Of a stretch of 45,714 nt of DNA, positions 33,293-43,543 are shown in pieces. Every line of letters begins with the position of its first letter. Position 1 is the stretch's first letter. The notes under the pieces are model-generated. The model saw only the letters and a list, made by a program, of their open reading frames with translations, had not been told where the DNA came from and ran no database searches. The position numbers were made by a program, and so were the translations under genes. Origin of the DNA: an uncultured Muribaculaceae bacterium (GTDB lineage: Bacteria; Pseudomonadota; Alphaproteobacteria; Rs-D84); NCBI GenBank assembly GCA_964368045.1, contig CAYIZJ010000001.1, positions 1 through 45,714 on the forward strand, read 5' to 3'.

Positions 33293-35656
33293 TTATAATT
33301 TGACTTTGATTTCTTCGACTTCGTAACATTCAACACGATCGCCTTCTTTTAAATCGTTATATTTATCAAAACTCATACCAAATTCAGTTCCGTTTGAAAC
33401 TTCCTTTGCTTCATTTTTTTCACGTTTTAAAACGCCGATTTTGCCATCATAAATAACAACGTTATCACGAAGCAAGCGAACAAAAGCATCTTTTTTAATT
33501 ACACCTTCGGTTACACGGCAACCCGCAACACGGGTTCCTTTGCCAACTGTGAATAATTGTAATACATCAGCATATCCGATAAATGTTTCACGTTTTTCCG
33601 GAGCCAATTTACCCGACAAGATTTCTTTGACTTCGTCTGTAATACGGTAAACAACGCTGTGATATCTGATATCAACACCATTTGTTCGTGCCATATCACG
33701 AACGGATGAATCCGCACGTACATTAAATGCAACAACCAAAGCACCCGATGCGGTTGCCAATCTGATGTCGCCTTCGGTTATTTGACCAACGCCTGCGGAC
33801 AATATGTCGATACCGGCCTTGTCCGAATTAACATCGCCCAACATATCTGAAATTGCTTCGACGGACCCTTGGGTATCTGCACGCAACACAATTGGTAATA
33901 CCATTTTTTTGTTATCATCACGTTTTGCGAACAATTCTTCCAACGAAGAACGTTTTGCCGCATTTGCTTTATCTTTTGTTTGTTGTGCACGATACTCTGC
34001 GACTTCACGAGTCTGGCTTTCTGTTTCCATAACGTTCAAATCGTCCCCTGCATTTGGGACAGAATTCAATCCCAAAACCATAACAGGTTGTGCGGGGCCG
34101 ACCGATTTAACTCTTTCGCCGGCTGAATTTATCAACCCACGAACACGACCGTATGTTTCGCCTACAACGAATACATCGCCAATTTTGAATGTTCCCTGTC
34201 TGATAAGAATAGTTGCAACAGAACCCAATCCTTTTTCCATTTTTGCTTCGACGACGGATGCAACAGCAGGCATATCGCTGTCTGCTTTTAAATCCATCAT
34301 TTCTGCTTGTAATAGGATTGCGTCTTCTAATTTATCCAGATTGATTTTTTTCGTTGCAGAAATTTCAACTACTTGAACATCTCCGCCCATATCTTCGACT
34401 TGGACTTCTTGTTGTAACAAGTCTGTTTTAACTTTCATAGGGTTTGCATCAGGCAAATCGATTTTGTTAATAGCGACAATGAACGGAACGCCTGCGGCCT
34501 TGATATGGCTGATGGCTTCGATAGTTTGTGGCATAATAGAATCATTTGCAGCAACCACCAATACAACGATATCAGCAATTTGTGCCCCACGTGCACGCAT
34601 AGCCGTAAATGTTTCGTGTCCTGGTGTGTCAAGGAAAGTAATATCCGCACCCGATTTTGTTTTTACTTCGTATGAAGATATATGTTGTGTAATACCACCC
34701 GCCTCACCCGCAACAACGTTTGCATTACGAAAAGCGTCCAGCAATGATGTTTTACCATGGTCAACGTGTCCAACAACAGTTACAACCGGTGCACGAGGCT
34801 TCATTTTATCCGGATTTGGTTGTCTTTCCAAAATATCGACATACGGTTTAACGACAACTCTTTTAACTGTTGCACCAAATTCGGTCGCAATAAGTTCGGC
34901 GGTATCGGCATCAATAGATTGGTTTTGTGTAACCATCATTCCCATTTCCATCAATTTTTTAACGACATTACCAACTTTTTCAGCCATCGAAGACGCCAAA
35001 TCTTTCACAGTGATTGTATCACCCAAAGACACCACACGTTCGACTTTTTGTGGAACGGTAAAAGCGGTTTTAGCTTTTTCACGGAATCTGCGTAATGACG
35101 CCTCTGATCTGCGGCGATTTGATCCCCTTAATCCGATTTCAGAATCATTATCGTCATTTGAAATAACAATATCGTTCAAAGAAATACGACCTGATTTTTT
35201 GAATTCTTTTTTAGGTTTCGGTTTCAGATTGCTTTCTGTTTCACGATTGTTACGCACAGGGGCTGTGGTGTTTGCAAAGACTTTTTGTGGTTTGTCTTTT
35301 TTAGGTTCCGCAGTTCTTTCACGTTGATTATCGTTACCCATTTGAACCAGCTGTTCTTTGACCTGTTCATATTCTTTTGATTCACGTTCAATTTCAGCAA
35401 CACGTGCAGCATCAGCTGCTGCGACTGCGGCTTCACGTTCTCTTCTTTCTTCTTCACGTTGTTTCGCAGCTTCTAAAACAGCTCTTAATTTTTCATCGGC
35501 TGCATTACCTGTGGCTTTTGGTGTTTTTACATCTTCGTGTAATTCTTTGCTGCCTGGGACAACAACACGTCTGCGGCGTTCAACAAAAACAGCATCGCCC
35601 TTTTTGCTTTGAACCGCATCAATTGTTACAGATTTTCCAAGTGTTAAAGTTGCCAT
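33293..35656 (-). CDS. infB: Translation initiation factor IF-2
   Basis: 787 aa with a charged N-terminal region. GTPase motifs are [23 protein letters not shown] and NKID. The C-terminal domains are conserved, and the gene lies directly downstream of nusA. Confidence 0.97.
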   Translation of the reverse strand: MATLTLGKSVTIDAVQSKKGDAVFVERRRRVVVPGSKELHEDVKTPKATGNAADEKLRAVLEAAKQREEERREREAAVAAADAARVAEIERESKEYEQVKEQLVQMGNDNQRERTAEPKKDKPQKVFANTTAPVRNNRETESNLKPKPKKEFKKSGRISLNDIVISNDDNDSEIGLRGSNRRRSEASLRRFREKAKTAFTVPQKVERVVSLGDTITVKDLASSMAEKVGNVVKKLMEMGMMVTQNQSIDADTAELIATEFGATVKRVVVKPYVDILERQPNPDKMKPRAPVVTVVGHVDHGKTSLLDAFRNANVVAGEAGGITQHISSYEVKTKSGADITFLDTPGHETFTAMRARGAQIADIVVLVVAANDSIMPQTIEAISHIKAAGVPFIVAINKIDLPDANPMKVKTDLLQQEVQVEDMGGDVQVVEISATKKINLDKLEDAILLQAEMMDLKADSDMPAVASVVEAKMEKGLGSVATILIRQGTFKIGDVFVVGETYGRVRGLINSAGERVKSVGPAQPVMVLGLNSVPNAGDDLNVMETESQTREVAEYRAQQTKDKANAAKRSSLEELFAKRDDNKKMVLPIVLRADTQGSVEAISDMLGDVNSDKAGIDILSAGVGQITEGDIRLATASGALVVAFNVRADSSVRDMARTNGVDIRYHSVVYRITDEVKEILSGKLAPEKRETFIGYADVLQLFTVGKGTRVAGCRVTEGVIKKDAFVRLLRDNVVIYDGKIGVLKREKNEAKEVSNGTEFGMSFDKYNDLKEGDRVECYEVEEIKVKL

Positions 35657-35692
35657 TTATTACTCCAATGGTTTCAAAAGATTTGAAATAAT

Positions 35693-37249
35693 TTAAGATT
35701 CCAAATCTTCTGGTGTATCCTGTGTTATGTTATAAGCGACTTCACGAGCTTTCATAATAATTCTTGCTGCTAATTTTTCGCTTACGATATCTTCGCCCAA
35801 AATTTCGATCAATTCGTCCGAGCTAAGATCGGCTAAATCTTCCAAAGATTTGATACCGGCTTCGCCCAGTTTTAAGATGGTTGGACGTTTAACAAAGCTG
35901 AATTCCAACAAATCGTCTGTTTGACCCATTGAATAGCCTTTGTCTTTGTAATCTTTTTCGATTTTTTCCAATTGTGCTTTTGCACGATTTTGCAATTCTG
36001 TTGCCAATTCTGAATTAAACCCTTCGATAGCTTCCAATTCTTCGATATCAACAAAAGCAATTTCTTCGATTGTTCTGAAACCTTCGGTGATAAGAAGATG
36101 AGAAATCATTTCATCGATATCCAAGCCTTTCATAAACAATTCAGTTTTATCGGCCAATTCTTTTGCACGTTTTTCTTGTTCTTGGGCTTCGTTCATAACG
36201 TCGATATTCCATCCTGTTAATTGGGATGCCAGACGAACGTTTTGGCCACGGCGACCAATTGCCAAAGATTGTTGATCTTCGTTTACAACAACGGCGGCTG
36301 TTCTGGTGTCTTCATCAACGATGATTTTTGCAACTTTTGCAGGTTGCATTGCGTTAACGATAAATACGGCCGGATCTTCGGAATACAAAATAACGTCGAT
36401 TTTTTCACCATGACATTCGTTAATTACAGGTTGGATTCTGGTACCTTTGATACCAACAGTCATACCAACAGCGTCAATAGATGGGTCTTGGGTTTCAACA
36501 GCAATTTTTGCGTGTGACCCCGGTGAACGGGATACAGATTTGATTTTGATGATGCCTTCATAGATTTCTGGCACTTCTTGGACGAACAATTTTTCCATAA
36601 AGCTTGGATGTGTTCTGGTCAAGAAAATTTGCGGTCCTGAATTAGAACGAGCAACGTCCATAATCAATGCACGAATTCTGTCGCCGGCATTCAATCTTTC
36701 CCCTGGGATAAGTTCTGTACCTTTGATGTAACCTTCGGCTTTTCCATTGATATCAACATATGCGTTTCCAAATTCAATACGTTTTACAACACCACTTACG
36801 ATATCACCGATATTATCTTTGAATTCTTCGTACTGTTTTCCTTTTTCAGCATCACGAACACGTGCAGTCATAATTTGTTTTGCAGTTTGAAAAGCCTGAC
36901 GACCAAATTCTGGTTCTGGTAACGGATCGGCCACAAATTCACCAACAACAGGATTGGATGCATATTTTTTCGCAGCTTCAACAGTTAACATTTTATTTAC
37001 ATCGTATTCTTCTTCACCGACACTTTCTGGACTTTCGATAACTTCGAAAATTCTTTTCACATGAATTGCACCGGTTTTTCTTTCGATTTCAGCGACGATG
37101 TCGAATTCTTCGCCATATGTGTGTTTTGCGATTTTTGCGATTGCAGCTTCTAATGCTTCGATAACGATGTCACGGTTTATCTGTTTTTCAGCAGCCAATG
37201 AATCAATTGCCAACAATAAGTCCTGTCTTGGTCTTGAAATAAAAGCCAT
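35693..37249 (-). CDS. nusA: Transcription termination/antitermination factor NusA
   Basis: 518 aa. It has an N-terminal domain, an S1 domain (GDIVSGVVKRIEFGNAYVDINGKAEGYI), KH domains (AIGRRGQNVRLASQLTGWNIDV) and C-terminal HhH acidic repeats. SD AGGAGA lies upstream. Confidence 0.97.
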   Translation of the reverse strand: MAFISRPRQDLLLAIDSLAAEKQINRDIVIEALEAAIAKIAKHTYGEEFDIVAEIERKTGAIHVKRIFEVIESPESVGEEEYDVNKMLTVEAAKKYASNPVVGEFVADPLPEPEFGRQAFQTAKQIMTARVRDAEKGKQYEEFKDNIGDIVSGVVKRIEFGNAYVDINGKAEGYIKGTELIPGERLNAGDRIRALIMDVARSNSGPQIFLTRTHPSFMEKLFVQEVPEIYEGIIKIKSVSRSPGSHAKIAVETQDPSIDAVGMTVGIKGTRIQPVINECHGEKIDVILYSEDPAVFIVNAMQPAKVAKIIVDEDTRTAAVVVNEDQQSLAIGRRGQNVRLASQLTGWNIDVMNEAQEQEKRAKELADKTELFMKGLDIDEMISHLLITEGFRTIEEIAFVDIEELEAIEGFNSELATELQNRAKAQLEKIEKDYKDKGYSMGQTDDLLEFSFVKRPTILKLGEAGIKSLEDLADLSSDELIEILGEDIVSEKLAARIIMKAREVAYNITQDTPEDLES

Positions 37250-37283
37250 TTTATTATCTCCTGTTTATGGTTTAAGCCTATTG

Positions 37284-37311
37284 AAAAAGCGGGGTTTTTT
37301 CAACCCCGCCC
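37284..37311 (-). promoter_or_regulatory. Terminator-like hairpin (candidate attenuator) in the nusA leader
   Basis: The minus strand reads GCGGGGTT GAAAA AACCCCGC TTTTT, ending 35 nt upstream of the nusA ATG. The plus strand has no T-run, so the element is strand-specific. Confidence 0.5.
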
Positions 37312-37337
37312 TTAAAAATTATTCTAAGAACATTATA

Positions 37338-37366
37338 ATTATGAATTGCGAATCGGTAAAAAGCAA
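37338..37366 (-). promoter_or_regulatory. Candidate sigma-70 promoter for nusA-infB
   Basis: The minus strand reads TTGCTT-N17-CATAAT, upstream of the leader hairpin. This is a pattern match only. Confidence 0.3.
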
Positions 37367-37441
37367 GAAAAATCAAATCTTTTTATTTTTATTATCAAAG
37401 CTTGACGATATCGGTTTTGACATCTATACTTGAATGCAGTT

Positions 37442-38500
37442 ATGAAAATTATCGATAAATACTTTTTGAAACAATTATTCGCAAGTTTTGCAATGTTGCT
37501 GCTGGTTTTAACCGGACTGGCTTGGATGTTGCAAATTATGACTATGATGAAGTTTTTGTTAACATATGGCATAAACATCCCAAGTTTTATTGGGCTGTCT
37601 TTATTGATGCTGCCTTTTATTATCAGTATCATCGTTCCTTTTTCGGCTTTTATTTCGACAATATTTATATACAACAAACAAATTGCTGAAAATGAAATCA
37701 CTGTTTTGGCCGCCAGCGGAATGTCGCCTTGGCAATTGGCAAAACCTGGATTTAATGTTGCAATCATACTTACCTTTTTGCATTTCGTATTGACTTTGTG
37801 GATTGTGCCAATGACACAGGATAAATTTTATGAAACGCAATGGGAATTGCGTTATGGTTTGGCACATATGAAATTACAAGAATCCGCATTTACTAAATTA
37901 GCAAACGGGTTGGTTGTTTATGTGGACAAAGCCGCCGGCCAAGATTTATCGCAGATTATGTTATCCGATTCCAGATCCAAAGATATCGAAACAACAATCA
38001 TTGCCGAAAAAGGCAAATTGATTTCAACAACCCGTGGATTATCAATTGTTATGGATAACGGTTCATTACAGGCACGTGATGAAAATCTGGTTGTTGGAAC
38101 ATTTAAATCATTTGATATGGATTTAAATTTGGGCAGCAAAGAAACAGATGATTCTTTTCGTGTTCGCAGAATATCAACCCCCGAATTATTAAAAAGCGTA
38201 ACCGACATTGAATCTGCTGACAAACAAAAAACAGTTTTATCCGAAATTGCAAAAAGATTTTATAATCCGCTTATGAATTTAATATTGATTGGTGTTTGTA
38301 TGTTGATTTTATTAAAATCTTCCCTACTTCGTCGCAGAACCAGTTACGCACCAATGTTTGCCACACTTGTTATGGCTGGATTGATGGCAGGTTTTATGTC
38401 CGCCAGCAGCACTGTTGGCAGTCTTACATCGTTGGGCGTTTTAGGATTGGGATTGATTACTATTTTAACGTTTATAATTAGTGCTTTGTTAAAAAAATGA
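37442..38500 (+). CDS. LPS export ABC transporter permease, LptF/LptG (YjgP/YjgQ) family
   Basis: The family-typical start is MKIIDKYFLKQLFASFAMLLLVLTGLAWMLQ (ATG 37442; the ORF is open from TTG 37430). It has three N-terminal TMs, a periplasmic beta-jellyroll region and three C-terminal TMs. An ATGA overlap joins it to lptD. Confidence 0.85.
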   Translation: MKIIDKYFLKQLFASFAMLLLVLTGLAWMLQIMTMMKFLLTYGINIPSFIGLSLLMLPFIISIIVPFSAFISTIFIYNKQIAENEITVLAASGMSPWQLAKPGFNVAIILTFLHFVLTLWIVPMTQDKFYETQWELRYGLAHMKLQESAFTKLANGLVVYVDKAAGQDLSQIMLSDSRSKDIETTIIAEKGKLISTTRGLSIVMDNGSLQARDENLVVGTFKSFDMDLNLGSKETDDSFRVRRISTPELLKSVTDIESADKQKTVLSEIAKRFYNPLMNLILIGVCMLILLKSSLLRRRTSYAPMFATLVMAGLMAGFMSASSTVGSLTSLGVLGLGLITILTFIISALLKK

Positions 38501-40527
38501 AAAAACTGATTGCATTTTTTACGTCTTCTTTTTGCCTCGGTATTACGGGGGCATTTGCTTTTATAAACTTAGAAGAACCAAAAACTGTCAAAGCCGAAAA
38601 AATAGAATACAACATAAATGATAAAACTATCAAAACAACCGGCAAAACAGTTATAACAAATGAATCCGGCAGCAAGGTAACTTTGCTGGACTCTTATCTA
38701 TCGAACCAGTCAAACGGGCTAAGCGGACAGGCAAACAATTTGGAATTATTTTTGGGAAAATCCGGATACATCAAAGCCGAATCAGCAACAAAAGACGACA
38801 CAATCAGCATATCTAATGACGCCATGTTTACATTTTGCCACAACTGTGACGAATACGGTAACGCATGGGAAATAACGTCCAAAGAAATAATTCATAATTC
38901 AGTTGATAAAGATTTCGTTTTTTATAATTCGGTTTTTTGGATTTATGACATTCCTGTTTTTTGGTTTCCTTATCTATCTATTGCTGATGGTACAGAAAAA
39001 TATAAAACAGGTTTATTAACACCCAGCTTTGAATCAACCAACGATATGGGAACGCAATTTAACATACCAATTTATCTGTCTATATCGGACACACATGACT
39101 TTACATTTACACCGTCTTATTTAACCGAAGAAAATATGTTATTTCAATTGGAACACAGATTGAATTTACCATATTCCGAATTTTATACAAACGGTTCAAT
39201 CACCCGAAACAAACAGGGCGATTACAGATGGTATATCGAACACGATGACACAATTGAATTGGGTGACAATGCAAAAATGTCTATATTCATTGAACGTGCA
39301 TCCGACAATACATATCTTCAAAAATATGGTTTTTATGAATACGAACCTTATTTGGATTCAGGGGCAAAATTGGAATTATTCGGTGAGACCGGATACATAA
39401 TTTCCGAAGCACACGTATACCAAGAATTGCGTGATACAAATGTACAATCCGCAAAAGTTTCAGGCGATATTTTACCAAACATTTATGGAACATATCAAAC
39501 AAAGCCTTTTTACTATGACACATATGCTGTATTTAACACCGACATACAAAACATTTATAATTCAACGCATTCATCACAACGTTTTATTGGGGATGCAAAA
39601 ATTGTGTCACCGTGGACTTTGTGGGGCGGCAACCGTGTTACATTAAATTTGGCGACCAGATATGATTTATATAACTTTTATGACACAGAAATGTTAGACG
39701 GCGAAATTTATTCTGGTATCAAAGACAGATTTTTACCATCAGGTTCGATCGAATGGGGATTGCCTTTGTTAAAATCGGGCAAAAGCTGGACATACATAAT
39801 CGAACCAAAAGCCAACTTTACAGTAATGAAACAAACTGACGATTATGTTTTCGCAAAAAACAATGATTCAACCGGTGCTTTTTTATCTGCGGCCACACTG
39901 TTTTCGGACAACCGTTTTTCTGGATTGGACTTATGGGAAAACGGGACTTTTTCTGATTATGGGGTTCAATGGTCTGCTTTTGATGAAACAGGACAAAACA
40001 TTGATATATTTATTGGGCAATCTTATAATTTTAATGATATAAATCAAACCGATCCACACAGCGGATTTTACCATGGACAAACCGATTATGTTGGTCGGTT
40101 TGAATACGAATTGGAAAACAATTTCAGAATATATAATCGTTTTCGTCTGTCCCAAGAAAATTTATCTTTGCGACATTCCGAAACATCATTACAAATAGGT
40201 TCTGGGTTTAATTATTTATCAATCGGTCACATTTGGAATGACGCCGCATATTCCGCATTAAACCCGACAAACCAAGACATAAACGAAGCCAGCGGTGGAT
40301 TTGGATTTAAAATAACAGATAGAATTGGAATTGATTTTAATTCAGTATACAATATCGAAGACGACAGATTTCAAAGATACATGGGCCGTATATCATATAC
40401 TCATCCTTGTTATTATCTGGCATTGGAATATCAAAATGACAATTCGGTCAAAGACGATTATGTTGGGCATACAACTGTGGGATTTAAATTCGGCATCAGT
40501 TTAAATGGAAAAACATTTGGGTATTAA
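38497..40527 (+). CDS. lptD: LPS-assembly outer-membrane protein LptD
   Basis: 676 aa with a signal peptide. An OstA-like N-terminal domain (KAEKIEYNINDKTIKTTGKTVIT) is followed by a large Y/F/N-rich beta-barrel. It lies between lptF/G and a surA-like gene. Confidence 0.85.
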   Translation: MKKLIAFFTSSFCLGITGAFAFINLEEPKTVKAEKIEYNINDKTIKTTGKTVITNESGSKVTLLDSYLSNQSNGLSGQANNLELFLGKSGYIKAESATKDDTISISNDAMFTFCHNCDEYGNAWEITSKEIIHNSVDKDFVFYNSVFWIYDIPVFWFPYLSIADGTEKYKTGLLTPSFESTNDMGTQFNIPIYLSISDTHDFTFTPSYLTEENMLFQLEHRLNLPYSEFYTNGSITRNKQGDYRWYIEHDDTIELGDNAKMSIFIERASDNTYLQKYGFYEYEPYLDSGAKLELFGETGYIISEAHVYQELRDTNVQSAKVSGDILPNIYGTYQTKPFYYDTYAVFNTDIQNIYNSTHSSQRFIGDAKIVSPWTLWGGNRVTLNLATRYDLYNFYDTEMLDGEIYSGIKDRFLPSGSIEWGLPLLKSGKSWTYIIEPKANFTVMKQTDDYVFAKNNDSTGAFLSAATLFSDNRFSGLDLWENGTFSDYGVQWSAFDETGQNIDIFIGQSYNFNDINQTDPHSGFYHGQTDYVGRFEYELENNFRIYNRFRLSQENLSLRHSETSLQIGSGFNYLSIGHIWNDAAYSALNPTNQDINEASGGFGFKITDRIGIDFNSVYNIEDDRFQRYMGRISYTHPCYYLALEYQNDNSVKDDYVGHTTVGFKFGISLNGKTFGY

Positions 40528-40551
40528 AAATTAACGAGAGAGGAAAACAAA

Positions 40552-41376
40552 ATGATAAAAACATTAACATCTTTTTTAACAGCGATAACATTAACCAGTA
40601 TTGCAAATGCGGCAACCATTATTGCAACCGTTAATGAAAAACCAATCACAGACACAGACATAACAGCCCGTGTAAAATTGATGAACAGACAGGGTCAAAC
40701 ATCAATTGACAATCGACAAAAGGCTTTTGAAAACATCATTAACGATTTTGTTAAAATTGATTACGGAATGGGAATTAACATATCAGTCAGCGACAAAGAA
40801 ATAGATTCAGAATTAAAAAAAATGGATTTATCCGACCTTAGTTCCACCGAAAAAGAAATGGCAAAAATCGCTATTAAATCAAATCTTACATGGCAACAGG
40901 TAATCGGCAGAACAATTATGCCAACAACCCAAATTTCCGACCAAGATATAAGCGACGAAAAGGCATCCCTAATCGCAGAAAGAGGATTGCCAATAGAAAC
41001 AACTATCATTCGCTTGATCGACATACCTTCATCAGTTGCGAACAAATTGAAAAAACCAAAATCTTGTGATGATGCAATGGAAATGGCACGTGATTTAGGG
41101 GGGCAACCACAAAGAATCACAGCTATGCAATATGAATTATCCGACGATGTCCGCAGCATTATATCAACATTGCCACAAATGCAATGGTCAGATATGCAAG
41201 AAGATTCTGTGTTACTGGTGTGCGATTCAAAAAAATCTGATGATTATGGTGACTTGGACAATATTATTAAACAAAATGCTGTATTTAAAAAAGCAATATC
41301 CGCAGCCGACCAGCATTTAAAACAGCTTCGTCGCAAAGCAATAATTATCATCAACGATAAAAAATATAAATTGTAA
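40552..41376 (+). CDS. surA: SurA-like periplasmic chaperone (parvulin-like region appears degenerate)
   Basis: 274 aa with a signal peptide. The SurA_N-type start is ATIIATVNEKPITDTDITARVKLM, and the gene follows lptD. The C-terminal part (RDLGGQPQRITAMQYELSDDVRSIISTLP) resembles a parvulin domain without its His residues. Confidence 0.6.
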   Translation: MIKTLTSFLTAITLTSIANAATIIATVNEKPITDTDITARVKLMNRQGQTSIDNRQKAFENIINDFVKIDYGMGINISVSDKEIDSELKKMDLSDLSSTEKEMAKIAIKSNLTWQQVIGRTIMPTTQISDQDISDEKASLIAERGLPIETTIIRLIDIPSSVANKLKKPKSCDDAMEMARDLGGQPQRITAMQYELSDDVRSIISTLPQMQWSDMQEDSVLLVCDSKKSDDYGDLDNIIKQNAVFKKAISAADQHLKQLRRKAIIIINDKKYKL

Positions 41377-41381
41377 AAAAT

Positions 41382-42464
41382 ATGAAACCTGTACTACTTG
41401 ATTTTAATGCAAACGAATTAGAAAAGTTCATCACAGATATTGGTGTGCCAAAATTTCGTGCGGCTCAAATTTCCCAATGGATTTATCGTGGGGCACCCGA
41501 TTTTTCCCACATGAAAAACCTGCCTGCTGAATTACGTGATAAATTAAATGAATTTGCCCAAACATTACCGGTTAAAATCGTTCAAAAATTAACATCCAAT
41601 GATGGCCAGACAACAAAATTTTTATTGGAAATGAATGATGGGGAACAAATCGAATCCGTGTTGATGCGAACAACATATGGCAACAGTGTTTGCGTATCTT
41701 CACAAGCCGGATGTGCGATGGGATGCAAATTCTGTGCCAGTACATTGTTGGGATTAAAAAGAAATTTAACTGCTTCGGAAATTTATTCCCAAATATTGGT
41801 TGCAACATGGGAATTACAATCGGACAGAAAGTCAAATCCAAATGGTGACAAAAACAATAACGATGTAACCCATATTGTTATAATGGGAACCGGCGAGCCG
41901 TTACACAACACTGAAAATGTTATCGAATTTATGGAAAAAGCAAATTCAAAATTAAATATAGGCTGGCGAAAAATAACTGTTTCAACATGCGGAATTGTCC
42001 CCGGAATCGAAAGATTAACATCATGGGGAAAACCTGTAAATTTGGCAATATCTTTACACGCACCGACGGACGAAATGCGTTCTGAAATTATGCCGGCAAA
42101 TAATAAATACAGTATTGATCAGGTATTAAATGCTGCAAATGAATTCACGGCCAAAAACAACCGTCAATTGATGATAGAATACATATTACTGGCGAAACAT
42201 TCGGACGGCGAATCTATCCCATATAACTGCGGATTAAAACAGGCAGAACAATTGGCGAAACTTTTAAACGGGTTAAATTGTATGGTTAATTTAATCCCTT
42301 GGAACAGCGTCGACGAAAGACAGTTCGCATCCCCAAGTGGTAATGCCGTACATAGATTCCAAGATTATTTGATAAACAACAAAATCCATACTCGTATTCG
42401 TCGTGAACGTGGCACCGACATAGGCAGTGCGTGCGGTCAGCTTCGTTTGAATAATAAAAAGTAA
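41382..42464 (+). CDS. rlmN: Dual-specificity 23S rRNA/tRNA A-C2 methyltransferase RlmN (radical SAM)
   Basis: 360 aa. The N-terminus is FRAAQISQWIYRG and the radical-SAM cluster is GCAMGCKFCAS. GEPL is present, and the C-terminus has DIGSACGQLR. Confidence 0.93.
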   Translation: MKPVLLDFNANELEKFITDIGVPKFRAAQISQWIYRGAPDFSHMKNLPAELRDKLNEFAQTLPVKIVQKLTSNDGQTTKFLLEMNDGEQIESVLMRTTYGNSVCVSSQAGCAMGCKFCASTLLGLKRNLTASEIYSQILVATWELQSDRKSNPNGDKNNNDVTHIVIMGTGEPLHNTENVIEFMEKANSKLNIGWRKITVSTCGIVPGIERLTSWGKPVNLAISLHAPTDEMRSEIMPANNKYSIDQVLNAANEFTAKNNRQLMIEYILLAKHSDGESIPYNCGLKQAEQLAKLLNGLNCMVNLIPWNSVDERQFASPSGNAVHRFQDYLINNKIHTRIRRERGTDIGSACGQLRLNNKK

Positions 42465-42527
42465 AAGCGAATCGTTTTTAATCCCCCTATATCTGTGATA
42501 TAATACCTATATAACAGGAAAGCAGAT

Positions 42528-43529
42528 ATGAAAAAATTACTATCATTATTAACTTTGATACCATTGATTGCGGCATGCACAATGGGTGCAACATCTTTAA
42601 ACAAACCAACAACAGGCGGAAACACTGGCGGCGATTCTGGTGGAAATACTGGGGATTACACAGGAACAAGCGCATTACCTGAAAATACAGCGGTTACATA
42701 TTTAAACAGTTCAGCCCAAGAGAATGATTTTATAGCCGATATGGAAAACATTCAATTCAACCTATTATCAGAAGATTTCAACGGCAACGGTTTATTTAGG
42801 TTTGTATTAAACTCTGACAATGTTATAACAGGGACAGACATTCAACTATCTGCCCATAATATTGGAACACGCATCGATGATACCGCAGATTTTAACTTTA
42901 CAGACCCAACCGATTTTTCAGCCGTTCGATATCGGTATCAATCATTTGGTAAAGACTTTGGAATGGTTTATTCCGATGTTGGAAAATTATTAAATGTCGA
43001 TGAAAACGGAAATGAAATAGGAGAGCCAAAATATTTTATCGGTGGATATAAAATTAAAAATGTTGCCGAAAGATATATGGGCGATAAATATGTATTTTCT
43101 GGCACCGCCAAGGGTGCGGTTAAATCAAGCCAAACAGGTGAAATTTTGGAACTGACTGATAATAATGCAACACTAACTTTCGACAGAAATCAATCTTATG
43201 AAATAACCGGAACCCAAGGTGTTCAAACGCTTAAAGCTAACTTTTCTAATTGGTATAAAATAACAGTTGATAAATATGGCATTATAAAACCTGATGGTTC
43301 AATCCCTGGAACTTTTGTTTTAATTGATTTAGACGACACTGGAAAATCAATAAATTCAGCATATCAGATAACGTCCGACAATCAGGGAAAAATGATGACC
43401 GGTTATTATGAAAAAGAAAACCCTGCTGAAAATATGCCCGAAGAAGCAGTCGCTATATTCATCCATCAATATGATGATGGCTCGAAACAGGTTGATACCG
43501 AAATATTCTTTGGCGGACAGGCGGAATAA
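42528..43529 (+). CDS. Surface-lipoprotein candidate with Gly-rich linker and TbpB/fHbp-like beta-barrel features, paralog 1
   Basis: 333 aa with a lipobox (LIPLIAAC) and a linker GGNTGGDSGGNTGDYTG. Key segments are YRYQSFGKDFGMVYSD, YVFSGTAKGAVKSS..ATLTFD...LKANFSNWY, and the terminal EIFFGGQAE. Confidence 0.6.
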   Translation: MKKLLSLLTLIPLIAACTMGATSLNKPTTGGNTGGDSGGNTGDYTGTSALPENTAVTYLNSSAQENDFIADMENIQFNLLSEDFNGNGLFRFVLNSDNVITGTDIQLSAHNIGTRIDDTADFNFTDPTDFSAVRYRYQSFGKDFGMVYSDVGKLLNVDENGNEIGEPKYFIGGYKIKNVAERYMGDKYVFSGTAKGAVKSSQTGEILELTDNNATLTFDRNQSYEITGTQGVQTLKANFSNWYKITVDKYGIIKPDGSIPGTFVLIDLDDTGKSINSAYQITSDNQGKMMTGYYEKENPAENMPEEAVAIFIHQYDDGSKQVDTEIFFGGQAE

Positions 43530-43543
43530 AAGGAAACACAGAT

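Noticed and set aside
32959-33336. ORF immediately downstream of infB considered as rbfA
   Set aside because: It has no similarity to the RbfA KH-like core as I recall it (E. coli ...[24 protein letters not shown]...). It aligns instead to the neighbouring small paralogs. The long ORF start at 33336 would overlap infB by 44 nt, so the internal ATG 33276 is preferred.
33804-35327. Plus-strand ORFs of 190 and 287 aa (33804-34376, 34464-35327)
   Set aside because: They are antisense to infB, whose GTPase motifs are unequivocal. Their products are low-complexity.
37339-37767. 142-aa minus-strand ORF upstream of nusA
   Set aside because: It overlaps the 5' part of the LptF/G-family gene, which has the family-typical N-terminus. 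Accepting it would also put the nusA leader hairpin after a gene. Its sequence has no recognisable features and an odd composition.
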